Source of the DNA: Nemertoderma westbladi
Taxonomy: Eukaryota; Animalia; Xenacoelomorpha
DNA: 64,000 nucleotides
Direction of reading: 5' to 3'
Assembly: GCA_032718475.1 (NCBI GenBank)
Contig: JAUCBJ010001770.1
Span: 1-64,000, forward strand
The notes under the pieces are model-generated. The model was not told where the DNA came from. It searched no databases and saw nothing but the letters and a program-made list of their open reading frames with translations. Position numbers and translations under genes: made by a program. This document shows, in pieces, positions 1 through 11,660 of this stretch (position 1 is its first letter; every line of letters begins with the position of its first letter).

Positions 1-175
1 ACTCATTATAATATGGATAAACTCATATATAGCAGATATGACGGAGTTGATAGAAGATGGTCTTGGTATCGGGGAGCGATATACTCTACTTTCAAGCGTT
101 TGTTGATAGCTTGATACGCGGCGACGTACTAGTCCAACTGCTGCGGAGGACGATGGTCGTTATATCGAACCGCCA

Positions 176-733
176 ATGTCCCAAGAGCAGCTCACGCGTG
201 AGTTGGACTATAGAAAATTCACCGCTCGCTATACGCATCGTAATGGTACGTATATGGACTTCTTAACTACTGGTCATCCTATCGATTTACACGATACGGA
301 CAATGTCGACACCAAAAGGGAAATGGTACGATTGAAATATCCTACCCAGCGGAGGCGGAACGATAAACCGAGAATGGAACACGAGAATTCTATTCGAAAC
401 AGACTCGAAAGAGAAGACGTTGAGGAGCCGGATAAACGCAGCGACTTCAACGATTATCTGGAATTCCTGATAGAAACATATCTCAATATTGCCAGTCAAC
501 AAAATCTAGAAACTCGATATCCTCAAGGTATACATCATGACCGCATGGTAGAACTCAAACGGCTCGATTCCCCTATGATGTATCTTACCGCCGATCGACC
601 GCTACCTGTTGTACCGAATAGCTTCGAACGGATGGAGGAATATTGTAAGCTGGAGAAAGATCACTCGCGTTTCCCCTACAAGACGTACGTTTTTGGGTAT
701 TATTACGGTAAATGCCCTAGACCCAGCCAATAA
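176..733 (+). CDS. Orphan 185-aa ORF, possibly a relic of a viral or large-transposon gene
   Basis: Open frame with protein-like charged composition in CpG-rich DNA. The same frame continues upstream to an ATG at 38 but is broken by two stops. No family recognised. Confidence 0.3.
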   Translation: MSQEQLTRELDYRKFTARYTHRNGTYMDFLTTGHPIDLHDTDNVDTKREMVRLKYPTQRRRNDKPRMEHENSIRNRLEREDVEEPDKRSDFNDYLEFLIETYLNIASQQNLETRYPQGIHHDRMVELKRLDSPMMYLTADRPLPVVPNSFERMEEYCKLEKDHSRFPYKTYVFGYYYGKCPRPSQ

Positions 734-1348
734 ACGGAAAGACATAAACATCCACGGAAACGTTGTGTTAAACACAGTTGTGTTCGTTATATTTACTGGA
801 GTTTCGAGCGAAACTTGTTTGACGTATCACCTATGCTCACTCGGCTCTAACGATCCTAGAGTAAACCTACGATCAGAGTCCCGGAATACTCGGTCAAACC
901 TCCTCATTCCTTAGTTGGACCTCAGACCTGCGATCCTGGTGGTGTCGCGGATCCTCGCGGACGGTATTCACTGTTCAAGATCTAGTGCTACCCTAACAAT
1001 TAATCGGTAACACTCCGACAGTGATTTCTAGCTAGCCGCCCATCTTACCTAGCCGGATTATGACGCAGACACCTAATATCACTATCCAACCGTATGGTCG
1101 TCCCGTTTAACGCGATACAACCCTTCATCAAGGTGAAGGAGAGCGTTGTACGAAACGAGTTAAACGCTATTCTATAAAGATCAAAAAAGAAACCTGCGTT
1201 TGTTCAGATAAACGTAAGTTATAACAGTAAGTCCAATCGATAAACGAATTGGCCTTATCTCAGTTCGATTGGGAAACCTCGAATCTCAAAGAAGATATCA
1301 AGCTTAGAAAACCCTATTCTCTGCGAGAGTTTTGGACGAACGTATCCC

Positions 1349-1555
1349 ATGACAAGCGGAGGAAAATCAGCTCGAGGAGAAGCATATCGAAATGGACGAG
1401 ACACCGACCGTAAACCCAAACCTTTTAATGCAATCATATTGCACCCTTCACCCAGGAGTTATGGCCCTCCTAGTAAAGTGGCTTCCCCCAAAGAGAAAAT
1501 GACTCTTGCTAGCTTTAAAAAACTGCGTAAACGCCGTCCGCGCAAGAAAGACTAA
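1349..1555 (+). CDS. Small basic ORF (68 aa) ending in KKLRKRRPRKKD
   Basis: ATG-initiated, K/R-rich C-terminus resembling an NLS or nucleic-acid-binding tail. No family recognised. Confidence 0.2.
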   Translation: MTSGGKSARGEAYRNGRDTDRKPKPFNAIILHPSPRSYGPPSKVASPKEKMTLASFKKLRKRRPRKKD

Positions 1556-2820
1556 CTGTTTAGAGTATTTATGTATATTAGAAATTGTGATTTTGTATAT
1601 TTTATAGACTTAAATCCCATTTTCTGGGAGCGGTGTAAAAGCTTTTGTGGGATAACTGATTCGTTTGCCTTGCTAACCAGTTCCCCCCCAGTCGCTGAAT
1701 ACTCTAAAAGGGGATCTATAACTCGAATAGCGCAAGCTACCAGCTTATTGGCTGATTTGCTGTACGCAGGTATCTGGGCTCTGTTTAATCGGCCAACCAG
1801 CCTAGGAAGGTTGCGTCATAGCCTTGTTTTTGTATCTCCCAATAGAATTTGAGTTAGCCTTGATTTTGACCTATCACAGAGCTACTGAACTGAAATTTTC
1901 CTATCTCACTGCTCTTTCTCTGTGTTGAACGGGAGCTTCGTGGAATAAGGGTAGTTGGTATCCTCGTATAGAGTAGTAGTCACGAGTTTTTCAAAGCCAC
2001 GAAAGAACGGCTTTGTAGTGTTTTGTGCTTTCTGCTTTTTAGCTCAACACTAGTAGGTTTAATTATAAGGACATATATCCTTTAACTGCCTGTGAATATC
2101 ACTGCTTTTAATCACTGCTAACTGCTAAAATTACCTGCTCAATCAATACTGTATACTGCTATTTGTTGTCGGTTATTCATTATATTGGTTGATGAATTAT
2201 TATATTGGAATAACGAGAAATAACCCCGAAAACCCAATATTCTTGATATACCGAAGGTAAGAGAGAAAGGTTACCAATAACGATTGTGACTTATGTTAAA
2301 GTGGTTTGAAGTGAATCTAATGTTATTTGATAGACCCTACATGAGTCAGTCTGTGTTCCTTTTATATGTGACTAAAATCAGTGAAGATTGGCAGATTAGT
2401 GTGCAGTATTGTGCAGCATTGTGTATGAGTGAGTCTGTTAAAGAAGCAATTCCTAAAGAATGCGCCATATATGTGAATTATAATTAAGCCATATCGTTGT
2501 GAGTAGTTTAAGTCATAACTCTGTTTATATAGATAAAGCGCCACGTCCTAAAGGAACTGTTAATATTCCCGAAGGTGAATAATATTGTCAGAGATTATAT
2601 AATACTGTCAGTCGAATAATACATTAGGCTTACATAGCAATAAAATTAAGCCGTCGAACCCAATCTCCCGGGAATATCCAGCGGGTGAATGATCGCGCAC
2701 AGATTGGTTTCGACTAGTGTAGTGAATCAAATACTTGTCATAGGCTAAAAAGCGATTTAATATCTAGAAGACATCTTAATTTGGCGGGTTAAACTGCCAA
2801 AGGTCTGAAAGCGCGAACAA

Positions 2821-3338
2821 TTGTTATTATGTACTATTGTTATTATGTATTATTGTTATTATGTATTATTGTTATTATGTATTATTGTTATTATGTATTA
2901 TTGTTATTATGTATTATTGTTATTATGTATTATTGTTATTGTTATTATGTATTATTGTTATTATGTATTATTGTTATTATGTATTATTGTTATTATGTAT
3001 TATTGTTATTATGTATTATTGTTATTATGTATTATTGTTATTATGTATTATTGTTATTATGTATTATTGTTATTATGTATTATTGTTATTATGTATTATT
3101 GTTATTATGTATTATTGTTATTATGTATTATTGTTATTATGTATTATTGTTATTATGTATTATTGTTATTATGTATTATTGTTATTATGTATTATTGTTA
3201 TTATGTATTATTGTTATTATGTATTATTGTTATTATGTATTATTGTTATTATGTATTATTGTTATTATGTATTATTGTTATTATGTATTATTGTTATTAT
3301 GTATTATTGTTATTATGTATTATTGTATTATTATTGTT
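2821..3338. repeat. 16-bp minisatellite (TATTATTGTTATTATG)n, about 30 copies
   Basis: Directly visible near-perfect tandem array. It explains the three overlapping repetitive ORFs. Confidence 0.97.
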
Positions 3339-3407
3339 ACGCGGGGACAAAGTGGTTGGACAACTACCGGTACCTAGGATATTAACCCTTCATTCATGAT
3401 AGTGTTA

Positions 3408-3854
3408 CGGTTTTAAATAACCACCTAATTCACTTAATGTAATTTGATTTTGCCTCGAAAATAGTTGTATGTTTTCTATTGGATAATACTTCCAGACTTT
3501 TTGGTCGACCAAAAAACTTTTTGGTCGACCAAAAAGTCGACTTATTGGTCGACCAAAAAGTACTTTTTGGTCGACCAATAAGTCGACTTTTTGGTCGTAC
3601 CAAAAAGTACTTTTGGTCGACCAAAAACTACTTTTTGGTCGACCAAAAAGTCGACTTATTGGTCGACCAAAAAGTCGACTTTTTGGTCGACCAAAAAGTA
3701 CTTTTTGGTCGACCAAAAACTACTTTTTGGTCGACCAAAAAGTCGACTTATTGGTCGACCAAAAAGTCGACCAAAAAGTACTTTTTGGTCGACCAAAAAG
3801 TCGCTTAAAAAAAAAAATAAAAAAAAAGTATTAAGTGGCACAATTCAGCCACCG
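3408..3854. mobile_element. Putative non-autonomous TA-flanked DNA element carrying the GTCGAC palindrome array
   Basis: TA|CGGT...CACTTAAT at the left end, and the inverted ATTAAGTG...ACCG|TA at the right end. The TIR is short and imperfect. Confidence 0.4.
3497..3804. repeat. Array of palindromes TTTTTGGTCGACCAAAAA
   Basis: About 15 GGTCGACC-centred palindromes joined by short linkers (AGTACT, AGTCGACT) that are themselves palindromic. Confidence 0.95.
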
Positions 3855-5126
3855 TACTAAACAGATTAAAGTTGTACTGTAGTTTCCTCACAGTTACTGT
3901 AGGATGTTTTGAACTCTTTAACATTTAATACAAGCAGTAGTACCATCGTCATGCAGTGCTTCGTACAAGGTGATATTATCCGACTACATTGTAGGGTGGC
4001 TAAATTATGCCAATTATTACTTTTTTCTGCAATTTTAGATATTATTATATTAATTATTGGTTCACCAAAAATTATTTATTGGAGTGTCGTTAATCATGTA
4101 GCTGAAGTACCTTGTTCAGTACCCACCTACTGATACTGACCATCTGCAAAATGTACCAGTACTAGTACAGTACCAGTACACGAACCTACTACTGACCTTC
4201 TACAGAATGCACCACATACACGCATTTACACCCCGACACTACAAATATTTCTACACACATCTACCTACTGACCCTCTACTTGGCTAGGCTTATTGTTGGT
4301 TATGGTCTGGCTGTGGGTGGCCCCATCATGTTTTCTTTTCTTCAGTAACTTTATCCACCATGAATTGTTTGTTGTTAGAGTAATACTGTACTGTATATAC
4401 CACTGCTCCTCCTCTTATTGGCTAATTACTGCTAATTACTGCAGAGGCTAATCGCTACGAACAAAATAACGACAACTAATGTGCCTTTTTCACATAATGA
4501 TAAAGTACATTTACATTATCAGCTTGTCAAGAGTGTTCTGAACTTTTCTGATGGCTGAATTAATCACTTAGTCATATCACCCACCCCACCCCACCCCACC
4601 GGCAGACTTTCACACTACAAAGCACACTCCAGTCCAGTCTGCCAGTAGGCAGGCCTACAGTACTATTGTTCTAACAGCAGTACAGTACCGGTGTCGCAGG
4701 GGGTCTTCAGCCCACTGGGTGGTGAAAATGCGGGGAGGAATAGCGCAATATGCCCCACCGTGCATTTTCACCACAGGCAGACAGGTAATGTCCGAAATTC
4801 TACAAAATTTCTTAGCCTCATGACCATTGGACTTAGTTTTAGCTGCTGGGGACACTGCGACATGACAGTATTAATTGGTTTAGGCCTAATCAATTTAAAT
4901 TTGGATTTCGGGCCTCTATTCTTGAAATCTGGGGTGAAAAATTATTTGGTCAGCCGAGGGGGCTAGGCTAGAATGGCCGGGGGGACATGTTTACGGGGGG
5001 GGGGAATGAATCCGCATAACCGCCTGTGACCACGGCTAGACGGTGCAGATCCATTTTCAATTTCAAAATCCAATTCAACAGTTATACTGTAGCATTACTG
5101 ATCAAACTGTTCTAGATTCAACCGAA

Positions 5127-6101
5127 ATGTCTCAGCAACTGTTAATCAGAGATGTCCTGATTTCTACAATATGCGCCACTGTAGTTGGTTTCTTCAACGC
5201 TGCGAGAGGCTTTATGGCGAAACTATCCACGAATATCGGGATGTTGCAGACGATAGCGGGGATCATTCGCGTCGGGACATCTACGAGTTGTTGGATTAGT
5301 AGCTCGGAGACGGTTCAATCTACCCGGTTGTCACTCCTGCATAATAGGAACGCGGGATGGCTGGCCTTGTTGACTCTATTTACGTTTTTGGGTATATGTT
5401 CGGTAACGATAGCGGTTAGGTTGGCGCCGTTAGTAGATGTTTTCTCAATCATCGGTATTTATCCGATCCTCACTCTAATATTCGGACATTTGATTCTTAA
5501 CGAAAAAATGGGTTGGATTGGATGGACATCTGCTGTTACTGCCGCAGTCGGTGTTGTATTTGTTTGCCAACCCGTGTTTATATTCGGTGAGAGGGACTCT
5601 GTCTTGTATCCATTAGTTTGGTTAGGATATATATTATCAGTTGTGCGCGCTCTAGGGCAGTCCGGACGAACAATCGCCACTCGAGTTATGGCCAAAAAAC
5701 TCCACCCGTCTCTGGCAAATTTTCTTACGGGGATTTCCGATCTCTCCACAGGAATAGCTTGTCTAATTTATCAACGCGACACAGAAATGCCCTGCAATTT
5801 CCAACGTCTACTACCACTTATATTAGCTGCTTCAACTACACTCGTAACTATCTTATTGTTTACCTCTCTTAAATTCCAGAAAGCGGCTGTAGTTGATGCG
5901 TTACGGTCGTCTAGTATACTTTTTGCTTTGGGTTTCCAAAACATATTTTTCAAACGAGATGTTCTTACGTGGAAAGCGATTCTGGGAATGTGTTTGATAA
6001 TTTTATGTCAAATTTTAATGTTTGTGTCAAAATTATGTAAACAAGGACGCAATCCAGCGTCAGAAGTTGTCACACTAAAAGAACCCAGTACAGTGCAATA
6101 A
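5127..6101 (+). CDS. Intronless EamA/DMT-superfamily transporter, SLC35G-like (324 aa)
   Basis: About 10 hydrophobic segments; EamA-type motifs PILTLIFGHLILNEKMG, GVVFVCQPVFIFG and AILGMCLII. First ATG at 5127; AATAAA overlaps the stop. Confidence 0.8.
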   Translation: MSQQLLIRDVLISTICATVVGFFNAARGFMAKLSTNIGMLQTIAGIIRVGTSTSCWISSSETVQSTRLSLLHNRNAGWLALLTLFTFLGICSVTIAVRLAPLVDVFSIIGIYPILTLIFGHLILNEKMGWIGWTSAVTAAVGVVFVCQPVFIFGERDSVLYPLVWLGYILSVVRALGQSGRTIATRVMAKKLHPSLANFLTGISDLSTGIACLIYQRDTEMPCNFQRLLPLILAASTTLVTILLFTSLKFQKAAVVDALRSSSILFALGFQNIFFKRDVLTWKAILGMCLIILCQILMFVSKLCKQGRNPASEVVTLKEPSTVQ

Positions 6102-6591
6102 AATAATTATATATTTACATTAATTATATTGTTGTATGCCACAATTTTATTATTACCGTTAAGACGATTCGCGAGATATTGTACAGTTGAATGACGAAGA
6201 AATATATTAATGGTAAATTGTGTGCCGTCGGCCGTCAGGAAGCCGTTTAATTTTTATTTAATACTTTTTTAAATATTTTACTAGATCTTTGGATTATCAA
6301 AAAATATGAATGTCACATTTTATCTCTGCGTTTATACTGTAGGTCGTATTTGGATATTTTTACCTTGCTATTTTGACAACAAAAAAGCAAACCAAAACTC
6401 AAAAGAGCCAATGCCACCACTAAGCCCGATAAATTAATCGCAATATATTACACAGGAATCAATTCCACAAATATTGTACCTTTATTGAAGATAAATACTA
6501 AATTGTTGTTAGCTAATTAAATAGTTAGTAACTGGTTTTCCAATTTAGGTACATTTTATTGATTTCGGCAGCTATATTGTGTGGTGCACAT

Positions 6592-7461
6592 TAGGGATGC
6601 GACAGAGCTAAAATTTCACCCGGAGCCGGAGCCCGCATGTTCCTCCGGCTTACAACATGAGCTCCGGCCGGAGCCGGAGGTATGGTGATTTGCCACATCC
6701 TACTGGTTATTAATAGCTATGCCCCCGCCTACCGGTAGGTAATGCAGTAGGCCTATCTGGCTGTCAGGCAAATTTCCACCTATTGTTTACGTGGTAACCA
6801 ATGACGGCGTTAAGTAATGTACACTAAGGGGACATTACTTTTAACGGATAACACCAAATACAATACTAAATGTACAGGCCAATACAATGCTATAAATAAT
6901 GTCCTCTAAAGTTGTAAAGTGCTAAATAACAACTCGCTGTTAATACTAACGGCGTTGAGTAATGTTACAATTTTGGAATAAAAATTATTATTACATAAAT
7001 TGAATAAACATATAGTTCTATAATATAAAATAGTTCTAGAAATTATAAGTATTTAAACTGATTATTTCATACAAATGAACAGCACCCGCCTGGGGGGGGG
7101 GGGGGGGGGGGGGGGGGGGGTCAGTGGAATTGGGGTTCTAGGCTGACGAACGAAACGATAGTACATGTATTTAAGATTTTTTAATTAGGGAAGAATATTA
7201 TATAATTTAATTAACTGAATCATTTTAATGTGGGGGTTTATCAGGAAACTTTAAAAAACAGGATGTAAATTACTTAATGAGTTATTATGTTAATTACTAA
7301 TGGTATTTACATTATTCATACATCAGAAAAACTTATTATTTTAATTCAAATTTAAATAACATAAGCTCCGTATATGCTCCGGGTTAATTTGCTCGGAGCC
7401 GGAACTAGAAAATTTGCCCGGAGCTCCAGATTTCCGGAGCCGGAGCTCTGTCGCATCCCTA
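6592..7461. mobile_element. hAT-family MITE
   Basis: TIRs TAGGGATGCGACAGAGCT / AGCTCTGTCGCATCCCTA; 8-bp TSD GTGCACAT at 6584-6591 and 7462-7469; subterminal CCGGAG repeats. Confidence 0.93.
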
Positions 7462-8054
7462 GTGCACATCTATTGTACACAGAGTTAAGTGATATTGGTG
7501 TCTAGGTTAATGGGTACGGCTGTTCTGTTTCTACAATAAAGTTAAACATATCGGTATGTATGTTGGTATTGCAATTTGTATATACGTTTTATTTTTAGAT
7601 TATATTTGTAGAAATGCAATAAATTACTGATTATGATTTTAAATTGTATTGTTTACCTATCTACATTTTTGGACCACCTAAAAATTATCAGAAGGAAGGA
7701 GGGATGGCGATGGGGTGTGCTGATGCTATTATTCAATCATTTCGAGAATGTTACCTTATTACGTCTTTATTCAAACATTTACCGACTCTCCTACCGTACC
7801 TACCGTGGATTTCAACGACCAAACATAATATTGGGCGGGGGTGTCGGTGTGTGTGTATCATACCCCCGTATCGGGCGTTGTCATCCTCCTCACAAAGTTA
7901 ACTGTTTCGAATACTTTTACAGAATATCGAAATGGGATCCCGTGATGTTTGCTGGATGAATTATTTTCCGCATCCCAACTCAACTGGACCAAACGCGGTA
8001 TGAAGATTGTACCTAACTTTACTTTGGTAAGAGTGTGCAGTGAGCAGATGAAGC

Positions 8055-8270
8055 TTATTCTTGATTGGCTGCGCGGCTTAACAAGGCCGCCCTTTAACTA
8101 ATAACAATGCCCGCCTATCGCTTAATCCTATTTGTCCATTAATTTGTCAAAAGATAAAAGAATCATTACCAGTAATCAAACTTACAGAAGAAAAACTGCG
8201 TGATAGAGACGAATTAAAATTAATTTAATTTGTTGGGAAAAGTTATCGATATTGAATCTATTAGGTGAGT
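8055..8270 (+). promoter_or_regulatory. Candidate Otp promoter and 5' non-coding exon
   Basis: Reverse CCAAT (GATTGG, 8063), GC-box-like motifs, AACAATG (8103), TAATCC (8123) and a strong donor AG|GTGAGT at 8265. An AG acceptor lies at 9056-9057, just before the homeobox exon. Confidence 0.35.
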
Positions 8271-9070
8271 GTAAGTGACCATAACTTCTGCGATATACAG
8301 TTATTTGTTAGCGCAATCATCGTTTTGACTTAATTTATTTTCAATTTATTCAATTTGCGCTAAATAAATTAAATGATTGAGTCTTTTAATGCGCGCTTTT
8401 GCAACATAATTACCTCTGCAGGACCAAAAGACATGGTTTCCGTATCCGTACATTATATAATGCATGCCAAACAGAGGCGGTTGGTCAATCAATTAATCTA
8501 CTTTACTGACTATTACAATGTGGATAAAACCAATGTATATTAGATAATGTAATTATACAATGTATAATAAATCATTAATTAGTAATTTAGTGCGCCTTAT
8601 TACGCTTTCCTTGGTTTGTTACCTTGGTTTGTGCGCCCACAGAAACAGTTTATAAATGAAAATAATTCGCGATTCAACTGCAACAATGAAAGATTTGTTA
8701 TAATTCGCGGGACCACTTATTCGACAGTAAATATTTATTGAGCAACATATTTCGGATACCATTACTGCTATTCCATGGTTGTAAAATAGCAAATTTCAAA
8801 ATGATTATGGGAAATCCACCATTATAGAATATGCTAACTTTATAATAATTTAGATATTTTATTGTTTTTAAGTATTAAAATCGACTTTACTACGGAAAAT
8901 ATGTCTATAATTTTTTGTGCATTTTTATTGGAGGATCAAAAAGACTAAATTTGTGAATTCAAAACTATGGTTCACTTATTATTGAGAATAAAGCATGTAT
9001 GGATATTTGTTAAATATCCGGTTAGGTTTGTAATTTTTCATAATTAACTTATTCTAGAAACGGTGACGGA

Positions 9071-9304
9071 ATGGAACCGGCTAACATAACAATGGAAGAT
9101 AAGTCATCGCACTACAAGATTGAAGACGAGGGCGGTGTGAGTGACAGCGACGATAAAGCCAATAAACCAAAGAGACACCGAACGCGTTTCACACCAGCAC
9201 AGCTAAATGAATTAGAACGATGTTTCACAAAGACTCACTATCCAGATATATTTATGAGGGAAGAGTTGGCTGTTAGAATCGGTCTTACTGAGTCGAGAGT
9301 TCAG
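9071..9304 (+). CDS. Otp: Orthopedia coding exon 1 (homeodomain residues 1-46)
   Basis: [47 protein letters not shown] is the Otp homeodomain. Donor CAG|GTTAGT at 9305 is at the classic PRD-class intron position. The true start may lie further upstream. Confidence 0.96.
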
Positions 9305-9321
9305 GTTAGTTGTAGCCGATG

Positions 9322-10112
9322 TGGGTCGGGGTAGATCAGTGATAGGAGAGCTTACACGAGTCGGGGTAGGTCAGTGATTGGGGAGCTTACATGAGTCGGG
9401 GTAGGTCAGTGATTGGAGAGCTTACACGAGTCGGCAGTCGGGGTAGGTCAGTGAATGGGGAGCTTACATGAGTCGGGAAGGTCAGTGATTGGAGAGCTTA
9501 CACGAGTAGGGATAGGTCAGTGATTGGAGAGCTTACACGAGTTGGGGTAGGTCATTGTTTGGAGAGCTTACACGAGTCGGGGTTGGTCAGTGATTGGAGA
9601 GCTTACACGAGTCGGGAAGGTCAGTGATTGGAGAGCTTACACGAGTAGGGATAGGTCAGTGATTGGAGAGCTTACACGAGTCGGGGTAGGTCAGTGATTG
9701 GAGAGCTCACACGAGTCGGGGTAGGTCAGTGATTGGAGAACTTACACGAGTTGGGGTAGGTCAGTGATTGGAGAGCTTACATGAGTCGGGGTCGGTCAGT
9801 GATTGGAGAGCTTACACGAGTCGGGGTAGGTCATTGATTGGAGAGCTTACACGAGTCGGGGTTGGTCAGTGATTGGAGAGCTTACACGAGTCAGGGTAGG
9901 TCAGTGATTGGAGAGCTTACACGAGTCGGGTAGGTCAGTGATTGGAAAGCTTACACGAGTCGGCAGTCGGGGTAGGTCAGTCAATGGGGAGCTTAAACCA
10001 GTCGGGGTAGGTAAGTGATTGGAGAGCTTACACGAGTCGGGGTAGGTCAGTGATTGGAGAGCTTACACGAGTCGGGGTAGGTCAGGGGGTAGGTCAGTGA
10101 TCTTGTGGTCAG
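9322..10112. repeat. 35-bp minisatellite (GAGTCGGGGTAGGTCAGTGATTGGAGAGCTTACAC)n, about 22 copies
   Basis: Directly visible tandem array that starts ~20 bp after the Otp splice donor. Confidence 0.96.
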
Positions 10113-10346
10113 TGGTCAGTGGGTAGTGAGCTTAAATGGGTTAGGGAGGTTCGGTGTTTGATGATTGTTAATTAATTGTAACTATTCAGCTACAATAACA
10201 ACCGTTTCACTTATTGTGCTGTTTAGAACTTGTTAATGTTAATAATAACTTACTCAAACCGGATAACGATACTGAAATATATAAACCACAGATATTTCCG
10301 GTTTTATCGATCATTCCAATAATGGCTATACGGACTTCCGTCATAC

Positions 10347-11295
10347 GGGGTTCCGGGACTATTTCCTCTGACTTTTTGTCCCGGACATTTTTCGTTCCGG
10401 TGTTTTCGTCCAGGACCTTTTATCCCGGACTATTTTTGCCCGTTTTGGTATAAAAAGTGTTCTGGAATATGTTCGATATTATTTCTTATTCAAGTTCTAG
10501 AACTAATATTTTTTGTTCTAGGTATTTAAAAAATCTGGATTGCATTTAAAACGCATTGCAGATAGTTCTAAAACAACTCGTTTAAAATCATTGTAAAATG
10601 AGTCTTCTAATCTGTTGAAAACATTACCGCTAACGGAAGTGAAATTTTCGAAAATTTATAAAATTTCCAAAAAATAAATTTTTTATCTGTTTTTGTAGTT
10701 TGATAGAAGGGCTTTCATGTGCTGACATCGGTTTTCAACATTAAATTATTTTTTGACCACAAAACTGCAATTTTCAGCAACAGCATTTGATATAGCATTT
10801 GAACATTGGAACAGCATTTGAAATATTTGATTCCCAAAATATAGACCGAACATACTCAAACCACCATAAATTTTTCAAAACCAATAATTTTATGATGAAA
10901 TTTTCATAGAAGATGACCTACATATCTAGGTCTATTTTGCCAAAGTCTTGGGTCAAGAACTTCAACCCAGCTGGTATTACAGATCCTTAAGCATGAAAAT
11001 TTATACAATTTTTGATAAAACCGACCTGCACAAAAGTGCAATATTTTTCGAACAAACGGGTTTAAGAAGCTATCCATACTCAGTTTTCTTAAAGATTACA
11101 GTTCATTGTGTTAAAATTTCAGAGTTGTAGCTTTATAAAAAAAAATAGATTTGGGGTAATAGTCCCTTTAAGTTAGCTAGTGTTTGTTTTAAGTTAGTTA
11201 GTTAGTTTTGTTTCGTGGAGATGTACAGGCGATATATCTGGGACGAATAGTCCGTCCGGGGACGAAAAGTCCCGAGACGAAACGTCCTAGATTTC
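10347..11295. mobile_element. Probable non-autonomous DNA transposon relic
   Basis: Inverted subterminal short repeats (GGACTTTTCGTCC-like on the left, GGGACGAAAAGTCCCG on the right) around an AT-rich core. No clear TSD. Confidence 0.4.
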
Positions 11296-11574
11296 AAAAA
11301 TGATCTGATATGTGGTGAATGTTGAACTAACAACTAAATAGTCAAAGGGTCGAAAAGACATCTCCAAGGAGAAGCGACACTGTCAAAGTGTCAAACAATA
11401 ATAAGGGAAAGGAACAAGTTATCGAGGCTGCATTTTTTAACCAAAACAATAGACGACGTTAATGCAAATTGAGGGACAGGAGCAGGTTACAGAGACGGCT
11501 TTTTCTAACCAAAACAATAAACGACGTTGTTAACAATTGAGGGAAAAGTGTATGATAATAAAATTAAAACTACA

Positions 11575-11660
11575 CCTCTTTCGACCCGTTGACTCTTTCG
11601 ACCCGTTGACTCTTTCGACCCGTTGACTCTTTCTACTCTTTGTCTCTTTCGACCATGTGA
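11575..11660. repeat. Short 17-bp tandem repeat CTCTTTCGACCCGTTGA
   Basis: Three near-perfect copies plus degenerate ones. An inverted copy (GTCAAAGGGTCGAAAAG) lies at ~11341. Confidence 0.75.

Noticed and set aside
2580-2820. Group I intron or hammerhead ribozyme
   Set aside because: GTCAGAGATTATA resembles the group I R element but no matching S element was found, and there is no CTGANGA...GAAA hammerhead core.
2821-3399. Three overlapping 180-190-aa hydrophobic ORFs
   Set aside because: They are translations of a stop-free 16-bp satellite.
3405-3860. Multiple ORFs on both strands (LVDQK/FGRPK)
   Set aside because: Artefact of the palindromic array.
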